NCBI RefSeq assembly: GCF_006345805.1
Contig: NW_021833225.1
Location: forward strand, 1-64,000
DNA: 64,000 nucleotides
Reading direction: 5' to 3'
Origin: Octopus sinensis
Lineage: Eukaryota
Made by a program: the position numbers and the translations under genes. The notes below the pieces were generated by a model, which was not told the origin of the DNA, made no database searches, and saw nothing but the letters and a program-made list of their open reading frames with translations. Shown in pieces: positions 24,570-36,759 of this stretch (positions are counted from its first letter, which is position 1; each line of letters starts with the position of its first letter).

Positions 24570-26545
24570 CTCACTATATTTTTTAGATTGAAACCAGGAT
24601 TATAGGAACTGAAACTTGGAACAGTGGAAATACCATGAATGATGAAGAGTTACAGCATATGGGATGGGTGTTAAAGAAGAGTGCGCCATCTGGAGGACTT
24701 TTCACTGCAACTGTATTAACATAACTGCCTATTTTGTTCTTACATGAAGGCAATTCCTAGCAAGTACGCAAGTGATACATGTGAACTGGTAAGATGTATG
24801 ATTGATCTTTCTCACTTAGAAGGTTTAACAGCTGGGTATGAGACAAAGGGACAGGAATCAGATGTACAAAGCAGCTAGTTCTTTACCTGATAGAATAAGT
24901 GTATACAATTATCTGTTTCTATTGACAAGTAACATCTTATTCAACTGCCAAGTGCTTTCATACTGTTCTTTTGGAAATATTTTCATAAGAAATTTGATAT
25001 TTTAAATTTTATCAAAATTATCTGAGCAGCTTAGGTGGGTGTTTAATTTAGTAATTAGAAAACCACTGACTTTAACTTACACCACTTTTCTGACCACATA
25101 TGTACAGGTGCAAAAGTACTACGTAGATAGTGAATGAATACTACAGCACTAAGATTTTCTCTTAGCAATGAGCAAATAATTTGGCCACTATTTTACATAC
25201 GTAAAGTTTTGTGTAGTCCAAACTTCTACTTTAGAAGCTCAAAGACTTTGCAATAACAGCCACATCAAATAACTGACCAATGTTTACTACTTGCTTTTCA
25301 ATCCTTTGATTTTAACTGTAGACTGTTGAACAATTGGCCAAAATATCTAACCACAACAGTCTTCTGCTGGTTTAAAGTTCTCTTTCCAAAGGTTAGGTAT
25401 GGGAGACATCTTTCATAAACCCTTTTACACTCTTTCTTCACTTTTCCAATGCTTTTCTTATTTTTTGTCCTGTTTTTTTCTGCAAAACCTTTCCATCTTG
25501 AGGTACAAATTCAGAGTTTTTTCTCCTGCTACTTAGTATTGTACTCCAGTTTCTTGAAAAAATTGAGCTATCCATATTCAAACTAGAAACATATCTTTCT
25601 GTTTTACCAGTCCCAGCAAATTCTTGGGAACAAAAGTAAAACTTCCTGCTAGAACAAATGTGAAGAATTATTTCAACTGCTGATATATTACCATGTTGTA
25701 TTAAGTTTTTGTATTCCACACTGGCGAAGTCACAGAATTCTTTTAGAGACATTAAATGACTTGTATATATAAGAAAATATTTTAATATTTTCATGAGTTA
25801 TTTGATATTAATTGGCATGAAGTTGTGCACAATATGTACACCTCAGCTTCATTTAATGCCAACATAGCACCTTCCAAATTTTGCATAAAAATTTACAGGT
25901 TCACATTTTGTCAGGACTAGCTACAACTTTGGCTAAAATGTGTGGAGATCATCTTTCATAAGCAGTTAGATGTTTTGAAATTCAAGTCATGCGAAACAGA
26001 ATGAAAAGCAAAATTAACTTCTTTAGCAGCCACTTTTAGTGAGATACTTGCAAGACAAATTAAATCAAACAAGCTTTGCAGTGTTTCTGCCTTTCTCATG
26101 GAAAATGTATGTAATATAAGGCCTAATTTTAACAATTATAAATATTTGAACATGTCATAGTTCAGAGAATGCCATTGTTTGTCTCAACACAAGATTCTCA
26201 GTCACTAGTTAGTTTCTCCAGGGACAATCTGGTTTTCCAATGGTCATCTGTTTCCTTCTTTTTTGAAACTGAGGGAACAATTCTAAATATTTGGACTTTT
26301 TCCATGTGTATGAATGAAGTACAAGATTTTAATTTCGAGTCTCAACTGGATTCCTACTACAAGTGTTTCATTAGGGTTTAGTAAGACTAATTAGCACCAA
26401 TGTCTTGCACCTTTCTGTCAAATAATAAAGATAGTAACAAATAAATATTTCAAGATTATTAAAAACTGGGACAGACTTTCAAATTCGCTGGAAAGCCAGA
26501 ACAAGGAGTTAAAATAGGACAATTTAGGCCAAACCAGGATATACA
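24570..26545 (-). mobile_element. Decayed hAT-superfamily DNA transposon
   Basis: Minus translations KVAAKEVNFAFHSVSHDLNFKTSNC and LKEFCDFASVEYKNLIQHG (ORF 25438-25794) resemble hAT transposases; TIRs too degenerate to fix the boundaries. Confidence 0.6.
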
Positions 26546-27300
26546 ACAAATAAATATTGTCTACAAATATATGAAGCATTTCATCATCATTTTAATGTCC
26601 ACATTTCCATGCTAACATGAGTGAGAAAGAATTCACCAAGACAGATCTTCTCTGATTGGATTGCCCCCTTTTGCCCAACCTTCCCTTGATTCCAAGAATG
26701 TTATGTTTTCTGCATGACAGGACATGTTTTTATGGATGATTGGAAATGAGCAACACCAAATGTATGATGGTGACACATTCATGAGTATTGTGCAAGGTCA
26801 AGACAAGGAGACACGCACACACACTAATCACAGTGTATAGTTTATATATCCCTACACATTTTTCTCTCTCCATTTTCTTCCTCTCAATCTTTTCTGTCAA
26901 AGAGCATAAGCTTGAAATATCAAAGTCTTTTCCATTCTTCCTGAGCGTTGAATTCATACATATACTTGTTGTTCCCTCACCTGTCTTCCTCTTTTGTTTT
27001 CTGTAAATTTGAAATATTATATATCCATCGTGGCCAATCTTACAAATTGGTTTTGCATATATAAACATATATAACAGGTTGAGTAAAAAATAAGCAACAT
27101 TTTGAACCATGAAGATTTTGTACTGGATTTTTGTAGAGTTTTCAATTTTTTTAAACATTTTTTTGCAATTGTCTGATTATAGACACACAGGGGTTGAACA
27201 AAATAATGGAAACACCTAGCATGATAGCATTGTAATTTTGAAATATCTATAAAACCAGCATAAGCTTGTTTATATTTGTTTGTTTTTTATTTATTTATTA

Positions 27301-29557
27301 CTAGCAGTATTGCCCGGCATTGCTCGGGTTTGTTTCGACCCGCTGGAATTGTAATTTTGAAAAGTAAAACTTTTGTGAACATTTTTCTGGTCGAAATACA
27401 CCGAAAAGTGGCGACACAGCAGTGAAAAAATCGTAAAAAATAGGGATTTTCATAGAAAAAAGCATCTTTTTGATGTAAATAATTTTTGGTGTTAACATGG
27501 TCCGATTTGAATTTTATGTTCTACAGAAGGAAGAGCAACCCTTCTTCTATCATACTCTCAATTTTGGTCAACTTGCGCCGCAGGGTCTCGGAGGAGATAG
27601 TGTTAGTTGAAGGTTACCAAACGTGGCGCACACAGACAACTTTAGCTTTATATAGAGATAACACACACACATTAATACACATACATAGACACACACACAC
27701 ATGTATGTATGGATGTATATATGTTTACTTGTATCGCAGAGTGGTCCCGGTTGCGCACACGCGGATTCGGGCGTGCGAGCCAGACGTAGGTACTCGATAC
27801 TCGATCGCCCTTAAATAATTACTTTTTTTTACAGAAACGCGAACGTATATAACGCGCAAAATTATTCCGTAGAATTTATCAAATTAAATAACGCAAAATT
27901 AATATATTTTTTGAAATTGCAAATTATTTAGAATATAAAAATCTGGCTGCTATTTCTAGGTGCCTGAGTAACAACCTCGCGGATTTACAGATAAATGAAT
28001 TAATTACTATTTTACAGAATAAAATTAAATAATTCTTGAAAATTAATTAATATTAATATTTTTTGAACAAAGTAAATAATTTTTAAAACTTATATAATAA
28101 TTTTTTTTACACAAACGCGAACGGGGAAAAGGGGGTGGCGAATTCGATTTTTTTATTTTCGTTGAATGAATAGAAAAAATGTATAATATATGTTGTACAT
28201 AGCTAAATTTTTTCTTTTTCATGACATTGTAGCAAAATAGTAGTGAATTATATAAATACCAGCAGTACATTTTTTTTTCTGGGGTATTTTTTTTCAACCT
28301 CGTCACATATTTGCCCCTTTCAATTTAAACAAAGTCTTAATTAAGCAATTACGGCAGCTTAGCAATGGTTTCAATACAGGCGTGACATCTGTATCTCAAT
28401 TGTTCAAAACCCTTTGAATTTTTTCGCACGTGATGATATCATAGTGAAAACTTTCAATTACGCGTGCTTAGAAGTACGCTCACAAATTAATACTACCAAA
28501 ATTTTGAAGTTCGCGCTCCACTTGTGTGTGTGTGTGCGTGCTTTAGGTGTACGTAGGTATGTGTTTTTGTGTGTGTGTGTCACTGAAGCCATACATACAT
28601 ATATACATACATAACCTCTCTCTCTCTTTTCTCTCTCAGTCACTCACTACAAAAAGTGAATAAAAAAAGTTCAGTTATTTCTGTCTTTCACTCTCTCTGT
28701 CTCTTTACACACACTAACAAAAGCACTTCACTTACACACCACACTTTCTGTGTCGCACAACCCATCAAAAACACACACACACACACACACACACTCACGC
28801 ACGCACACATGTACATCAATGCTTTCGGAGTGAAATGTTAAAATATTGAGTTTTCTCGAATTTTGTCTTAATTGGGGGTGAAATTGAAAGAAATTTGTTA
28901 TGGCATGACCGAATGGAGTACTTTGAAAAATCTTAGGTAAACTCTAATTGAAGAAATTGTGTGAGGAGTAAATCGCTATGTATTTATTTGATTCTGTTTG
29001 CTGTGTTTTTTTATTTTTTGAGTAGTGGTTTAAGGTACACTTGCAAAGAGAAAGTGGGAGAAATTATGTTGATAGCATGAGTGATCCATTTTATAGAAAT
29101 ACTTTCAGTTTAGTCTTCCTCAAATCACTCTGTCGCTATTTACTCTCTTCCAAGAACATTTTCACTCACTCTTATCTCTTAGCTTGCCATACATTTTACT
29201 CATGTATCTATCAGCGTGATAGACAGAAACAAATATTACATCGCCATTGCATTCTATTGTCTACCTGTCAACACACACACAGTGAATTACTTTCACTTTA
29301 TTCGTTGCACACTGTGTGTGTGCGTGTGCGTGTGGTGTAAACCACATTAAGAAAAGCATTTGACATACACACCAGAATGTGAGTTTTCTGTAAATTTTGC
29401 TTAATTGGAGTTTAAATTTTAAAAACTGGACCTGGCATGACCCGATGCATTCTACTCTTAAAAATGGTAGGTAAATTGTAATTGAAGAAATCCTATATTG
29501 TAGATTTCTATAACTGACAAAGGGAGGCAGATAAAATCTGCCTTTTATAATAAGAGA
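27301..29557 (-). mobile_element. Composite non-autonomous Helitron inserted in the Tc1 element
   Basis: 5' TCTCTTATTATAAAAGGCAGATTTTATCTGCC at 29557; 3' hairpin + CTAG at 27301; a second internal 5' TC end at 27658; flanks rejoin as A27300|T29558. Confidence 0.78.
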
Positions 29558-29634
29558 TTAGTGTTGCTTGATTTTGCTAAGATTGCTGTTTCTTTTCAGA
29601 TATCATCAGAAAAAGATAATTAAAATTCATTAAA

Positions 29635-30674
29635 ATGACAGATCTATCCAACTTTCAAAGAGGTCAAATTGTTGGTGTTCATATGGCAGGTGGTAGCATA
29701 ACTAAAACAGCCAAAATGTTTAGTGTATCAAGAGGTACTGTCTCAAAAGTAATGACAGCCTTTGAGAAAGAGGGAAAAAAACCTCCTTGTCGAAACAAAA
29801 CTCCGGAAGAAAACCAAAACTTTCAAATAAGGGCTGACAGACTCTTATGCAAATTGTTAGAAAGGATCACAAAAGTACAGCTCCCAAAATTACTGCAGAG
29901 CGTAATGACCACCTTGAAAACCAACCCAGTTTCCACAAAAACTGTTCACTGGGAGCTGCACAAAGCTGGATTTCACAGGAGGGCTGCAACCAGAAAGCCA
30001 CTACTTTCACAAACAAACATTGCAAAACGTATAGAGTGCAGTAAAAACCTACAGAATTGGTCCCTAGAGCTGTGAAAGAATGTTCTTCTCGCGGACGAGT
30101 CATCCTTTACGTTATTTCCAAACACCAGTCGAGTATATGTGTGGAGACAGCCCAAAAGAAGCATTTGACCCAGACTACCTTCTTCCAACTGTTAAACATG
30201 GAAGAGGATCTGTGATGGTCTGTTGGGGCTGTAACTTGGAAATCGACCAGCCCAATGGTTCCCCTTTATAGCAGAATTAATAGTCAAGACTATTTAAGCA
30301 TTTTATCTGATCAAATTAATCCTATGGTTGCGGAACTGTTTCCGGAGCGAAATGCAACCTTTCAGGATGATAATGCACCAATTCACACAGCTAAAGTTGT
30401 TACTGAATGGCATGAGGAACAATCTAGTGAAGCTGAACATCTTATCTGGCCACCACAGTCTCCAGATCTCAATATTATTGAACATTTATGGTGCATTTTA
30501 GAAAAAAAAGCAAGGAGTTGATATCCTCTACCATTATCACTACAAGAACTGAAGACTCTTTTAGCTGAAGAATGGACAAAATTTCCTTTGGAAACAATTC
30601 AAACATTGTATGAGTCTATACCTTGTAGAATTCAAGGTGTAATTACTGCCAAAGGTGGTCCTACCCCTTATTAA
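29635..30674 (+). pseudogene. Tc1-family transposase, frameshifted, DD36E
   Basis: DLSNFQRGQIVG HTH region, ADESSF, VKHGRGSVM, FQDDNAPIH...SPDLNIIE (36 residues between D and E), ends KGGPTPY*. Confidence 0.9.
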
Positions 30675-31387
30675 AATGAATTTGTTCGAAATTTTAAGGT
30701 GTTTCTATTATTTTGTTCAACCCCTGTAGACTTGCATTGATAAATTAACATTGATAGTTTTTTCACCGTTGTTACAATCATCTGAAATGGAACTGTCAAA
30801 GCACGATAGTTAGTTGAACAATTTTGCTCTTCAACTTCAAAAAAAGGAAGTGAAGCAGCTGAAATTGTTAGCGATATCAACGAAACATTTGGTGAGGAAA
30901 TGACCAGTAATAGATCAGTTCAAAAATGGTTTAAACAATTTCATAGTGGAGATCTGAACCATGAAGATTGTGAGCAGAGTGGATACCCATCTGTCATCGA
31001 TGACGGTCAATTAAAGACCATCCCTGAGAAAGATCCACGTAAAACCACTTTAGAATTGGCAAAAAGAACTTTGAGTTAGTCAGAAAACTGCCTCCCATCA
31101 TTTGCATGTGATTGGAAAGTTAAAAAAGCTTGACAAATGCCTACCACATGATTTGAACGAAAATCAAAAAATGCACAGATATGAAATTTGATTTATCGCT
31201 TCTCTGTAACCAGACCAATCCATTTCTCAACCGTATTTAACTTGTAATGAAAAGAGGATTCTGTACAATAATAAAAAAACGTTCTTTGCACTGGTTGACC
31301 AAAATGAAGCACTGAAAACCTTACCCAAATCCGAGATCCTCAAAATAAAGGTTATGTTGACTATTTGGTGGTGTACTGTTGAACTCA

Positions 31388-31748
31388 TCTCTCTATATAT
31401 AAACGGCAGTTTGTCTGTGTGTGTTTCTGTGTGTCTGTTAGGTTGTACCCTCACCCTGACCACGGCTTTCAACCGATTCTGATGAAACTTGACACACACA
31501 TAGCCCAATGTCATAATTCAAAACTAACGCAGCGAAAATTTTGAAAAGTTTCCCCAGTTCTGAAAAAAATCGATAAATTCGACATGGGGTCGAGAATCAG
31601 AAACACAAACCACAGACTGTCTAGGGGGCGCAACTCGACCTTTTTAACTAAAAAAAAAATTTACCATCATTTTTTGGCTATAACTCTCTAAAACTGCTTT
31701 ATAGTTATTTCCCTTACAAACCCGAGCAATGCCAGGCGATACTGCTAG
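31388..31748 (+). mobile_element. Non-autonomous Helitron interrupting the mariner transposase
   Basis: A|TCTCTCTATATATAAACGGC ... CCCGAGCAATGCCAGGCGATACTGCTAG|T; same family as 7920-8303. Confidence 0.92.
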
Positions 31749-32276
31749 TCTACTATAAACCCAGAAAAACCATTACTGCAGAAACAAACTGCCATAAAAT
31801 TGTCAAAATGAATGATAAACTGCTATTCCTCCATCCCAGACTGGTCAACAGAAGAGGGCCAATCATTCTTCATGATAATGCTCAACCACACATTTTGCTA
31901 ATGACACCCCAGAAGTTGAGGGAACTTCACTACGAAGTTCTTTCCCACCCAGCTTATTCCCCAGATCTTTCTCCTACAGACTACCACTTTTTCAAGCACC
32001 TCCCGCAAAAGGAGTTCAAAAATCAAACTGATGCTGAAAGTGCATTTCAAATAGTTCGTCAGCTCCAGAACTCCAGATTTTTATGTTACCAGAATAAATA
32101 AACTTGTAACTCATTGGCAAAAATGTGTTGACTATAATGGTACTTGTTTTGATGAATAAAACTTCTGCATTGTTGAAACATATTGTGATGAATGTCATGT
32201 TTCAAAGCATTACTTATTTTTTACTCAGCCTGACAGATTTGATCAAATTTTGGTCTAGCGCTTAGTGTTTAGGCAC

Positions 32277-32320
32277 CTACTGCTGAAGATATGAGCATAT
32301 ATCGAAATCACATGATATAG
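32277..32320 (+). ncRNA. Type I minimal hammerhead-like fold with variant core
   Basis: CTA / CTGCTGA-A / GATATG-AGCA-TATATC / GAAA / TCA-CA-TGA-T / A / TAG; core differs from CUGANGA at position 6. Confidence 0.3.
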
Positions 32321-32459
32321 TAGTCTTAACACCAATGCTGATTAAATTTGTCTGCCATTATAATTTGTGCCTTTTTGTATTTAACACCTATACGAGAAGA
32401 TTTCTCAGGAAAATATACTGCAGTTTATAGCATCAAATCATCTCATTCAAGTTAAGTTT

Positions 32460-32829
32460 GATGTACAAATTCATATGTGTGTATATACATATAAACACAT
32501 ATAGATAAGCTGTATATATAGGTATACATATATGTGTATGTGTAGATATGTGTATATATATGTATGTGTGTGTATGCTTATATGTATGTGTGTATATAAA
32601 TATAGAGAATATGATGATGAACTCTGGTTAATCTATCTAATATATATATATATGCACATATATTTCTCTTTCTCTCTCTATATATATATACACACATATA
32701 TATATATATAAATACACACATATATATATATATATATATATACATACACACATATATACATACATATATGTATGCACACATACATATATACATAAATACA
32801 TATATACACACAAACATATAAATACATAG

Positions 32830-32866
<37 letters not shown>
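32460..32866. repeat. Compound (TA)/(CA)/(GT) microsatellite tract
   Basis: Direct reading. Confidence 0.85.
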
Positions 32867-32867
<1 letters not shown>

Positions 32868-34420
32868 TAGCAGTATCGCCCGGCGTTGCTCGGGTTGTAA
32901 GGGAAATAAATATATAAGCATTTTTAGAGAGTTATAGCCAAAAAATAGCAAAAAAATGCATTAAAAATTGAAAAAAAATTAAGGTAAATTTATTTTTAAA
33001 TCGTTGACACATCGTAGATATTTTTAGAGAGTTACTTCCCTTAAATAAAAGCGAAAAAATGCATTAAAATGGAAAAATATGATGGTAAATTTTTTTTTAA
33101 ATCGTAGACTCATGCTAATACCCAGAAGGGCTCGATATGAATCACGACTATAAGATACCCGCTTTTGGTTAAACTGCACCGCAAAATGTGGGAGTAGTTA
33201 GGAATCTAAATCGTAGGAGACAGACACACAACTTCACTCTTATATAAAGATGCTTTTTTTTTTTCAGTCATAGAGTTAGATTTATGAAGGTCTTCAGTAG
33301 AAAATCCTTCGAATTCTGACTCGCTGCTTGATATAATGAAATTCGTATCCATTTTTTGTCAGAATTACAAATTTTGAAAACACAATAGGAACAAATTTCG
33401 GAAAAAAATCTCCCATAATTCACGGAATTAAAATTACACTTCGATTTTTGTACAAAACTGTAGTTGAAGTGTTTACGAAGTATAATACGTGTTTTCACGA
33501 ATGTACTAAAGAGATTTGCTCTGATATTCTCATTTAAATATGAATAGGTAAATTCGGGCGGCTTGGTAACTATATATAAGTGTCGTCTGTTTATACATAA
33601 ACACTGTTTCATACTGCAATTATATATACATATATCTATATATAATATTATATAATAAAATATATACAGAGTAAAATAAAAACCAATTTACCTTTTCTGT
33701 CCGTCCGGGTGTCTTTGCAAATGTGTTGGAATGATAAGTGAGTTGAGTTTTGGCGCCTTTTTTACTAATAACAAACACACACGTGTTTGTATGTAGTTGT
33801 ATGTGTATGTAGTTGTATGTAGTTGTATATGTATGTGTATGCGTGTGCGTGAGGAATGACACACACACACTCACGCACGCGCACATGTACATCAATGCTT
33901 TCGGAGTGATATGTTAAAATATTGAGTTTTCTCGAATTTTGTCTTAATTGGTGGTAAAATTGAAAGAAATTTTTTATGGCATCACCCACTGAAGTACTCT
34001 GAAAAATCTTAGGTAAATTCTAATTGAAGAAATTGTGTGAGGAGTAAATGGTTATGTATTTATTTGTTTCTGTTTGCTGTGTTTTTTTTATTTTTTGAGT
34101 AGTGGTTTAAATACTTTCAGTTTAGTCTTCCTCAAATCACTCTGTTGCTATTTACTTTCATTTTATTCGTTGCACACTGTGTGTGTGCGTTTGCGTGTGG
34201 TGTAAACCAGACTAAGAAAAGCATTTGACACACACACCAGAATGTGAGTTTTCTGTAAATTTTGCTTAATTGGAGTTTAAATTTTAAAAACTGGACCTGG
34301 CATGACACAATGCATTGTACTCTTAAAAATGCTAGGTAAATTGTAATTGAAGAAATCCTATATAGTAGATTTCTATAACTCCCAAAGGGAGGCAGATAAA
34401 ATCTGCCTTTTATAATAAGA
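32867..34420 (-). mobile_element. Composite Helitron, tandem unit 1 (1554 bp)
   Basis: CTAG + hairpin at 32867; internal TC end at 33250; outer 5' TCTTATTATAAAAGGCAG at 34420. Confidence 0.85.
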
Positions 34421-35915
34421 CTAGCAATATCGCCCGGCGTTGCTCGGGTTGTAAGGGAAATAACTACATAAGCATTTTTAGAGAGTTATAGCCAAAAAAT
34501 AGCAAAAAAATGCATTAAAAATTGAAAAAAAATTAAGGTAATTTTTTTAAATCGTTGACACATCGTAGATATTTTTAGAGAGTTACTTCCCTTATATAAA
34601 AGCGAAAAAAATCATTAAAATGGAAAAATATGATGGTAAATTTATTTTAAATCATAGACTCATCGTAGACGCACGCTAATACCCAGAAGGGCTCGATATG
34701 AATCACGACTATAAGATACCCGCTTTTGGTTAAACTGCACCGCAAAATGTGGGAGTAGTTAGGAATCTAAATCGTAGGAGACAGACACACAACTTCACTC
34801 TTATATAAAGATGCTTTTTTTTTTTCAGTCATAGAGTTAGATTATGAAGGTCTTCAGTAGAAAATCCTTCGAATTCTGACTCGCTGCTTGATATAATGAA
34901 ATTCGTATCCTTTTTTGTCAGAATTACAAATTTTGAAAACACAATAGGAACAAATTTCGGAAAAAAATCTCCCATAATTCACGGAATAAAATTACACTTC
35001 GATTTTTGTACAAAACTGTAGTTGAAGTGTTTACGAAGTATAATACGTGTTTTCACGAATGTACTAAAGAGATTTGCTCTGATATTCTCATTTAAATATG
35101 AATAGGTAAATTCGGGCGGCTTGGTAACTATATATAAGTGTCGTCTGTTTATACATAAACACTGGTTCATACTGCAATTATATATACATATATCTATATA
35201 TAATATTATATAATAAAATACTAATAACAAACACACACGTGTTTGTATGTAGTTGTATGTGTATGTTGTTGTATGTAGTTGTATATGTATGTGTATGCGT
35301 GTGTGTGAGGAATGACACACACACACTCATGCACGCACACATGTACATCAATGCTTTCGGAGTGATATGTTAAAATATTGAGTTTTCTCGAATTTTGTCT
35401 TAATTGGTGGTAAAATTGAAAGAAATTTTTTATGGCATCACCCACTGAAGTACTCTGAAAAATCTTAGGTAAATTCTAATTGAAGAAATTTAGGTAAATT
35501 CTAATTGAAGAAATTTAGGTAAATTCTAATTGAAGAAATTGTGTGAGGAGTATTTATTTGTTTCTGTTTGCTGTGTTTTTTTATTTTTTGAGTAGTGGTT
35601 GAAGTACTTTCAGTTTAGTCTTCCTCAAATCACTCTGTCGCTATTTACTTTCATTTTATTCGTTGCCCACTGTGTGTGTGCGTTTGCGTGTGGTGTAAAC
35701 CAGACTAAGAAAAGCATTTGACACACACACACCAGAACGTGAGTTTTCTGTAAATTTTGCTTAATTGGAGTTTAAATTTTTAAAACTGGACCTGGCATGA
35801 CGCGATGCATTGTACTCTTAAAAATGCTAGGTAAATTGTAATTGAAGAAATCCTATATTGTAGATTTGTATAACTCCCAAAGGGAGGCAGATAAAATCTG
35901 CCTTTTATAATAAGA
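34421..35915 (-). mobile_element. Composite Helitron, tandem unit 2 (1495 bp)
   Basis: About 95% similar to unit 1 by eye; lacks a ~115-bp segment; has a triplicated 25-mer at 35465-35539; internal TC end at 34811. Confidence 0.85.
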
Positions 35916-36235
35916 TATATATATATATATAATATATATATATATATATGGAGAGAGAGTAATATAAATGTAACTTTTTCAATGACAGTGCTACAAATTG
36001 CAATTGATTCTTTGTAAGTCACAAACTTAGAGCTTTCATGGTCAATGTTAGTACAATGTAAGGGAGTTCTTGTTAGATTGTTGAAATGCTAAAGTGAAGA
36101 CATGTATACGTGAACTGTGTGCAAGAAGCATGATGAAGGGGACCCTCATCTACTTTGCTAGAGGGCAAGGAATCATCATCACTTTTTAATGTCCATTTTC
36201 TCTGCTGGCATACATTAGATAGATTAACCAGAGTT

Positions 36236-36725
36236 CATCATCATTTAAAGCCTGCTTTCCATATTGGCATGGATTGGATGGTTTGACTGAAAACTGGTAA
36301 GCCAGGGAGCTGCACCAGGTTCTGATCTGATTTGGCAAGGTTTCTGCAGCTGGATGCCCTTCTTAATGCCAACCTCTCCAAGAGTATAGTGGGTGTTTTT
36401 TACATGTCACCAGAGCAGGTAACTTTGGCCTGACACTGGCATTAGCCATGACTACAGTCTCACTTGGCTTGACTGGTCTACACAAGAAGAGTATATTGCC
36501 AAGGATCATAGTCACTTGTCACTGCCTCCATGAGGCCAACACTCAAACAGTGCTTTCTATGTGCCATCAGCATGGGTGTCAGTCAGACAGCATTGGCATT
36601 GGCCACAGCTATGAATTCACTCAGCATGACAGGTCTTCACAAGCACAACATATCCCCCAATGTTTGAAGACACTAGCAGGAGCCACAACTACAATCTCAC
36701 TTGGTTCAAAGGGTCTTCTTAAGCA
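36236..36725 (-). mobile_element. Older RTE 3' UTR fragment
   Basis: CATCATCATTTAAAGCCTGCTTTCCAT...CAGCTGGATGCCCTTCTTAATGCC is a diverged reversed tail. Confidence 0.75.
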
Positions 36726-36759
36726 CGGTATATCACCAAAATTCTTCTGTGTAAGGAGT

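Larger units (their letters stand above)
27188..30726 (+). mobile_element. Tc1-like element with DD36E spacing, nested in the mariner 5' UTR
   Basis: TIRs CAGGGGTTGAACAAAATAAT(G/A)GAAACAC at both ends; TA on the right, CA on the left; ~1.28 kb without the Helitron insert. Confidence 0.9.
27074..32233 (+). mobile_element. mariner (DD34D) element, ~1.26 kb after removing nested insertions
   Basis: TIR ACAGGTTGAGTAAAAAATAAGCAACATTTTGAACCATGA at 27074 matches the reverse complement of ~32195-32233; transposase from ATG 30787; KVMLTIWW; LHDNAQPH...YSPDLSPTDYHFF has 34 residues between the two D. Confidence 0.88.
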
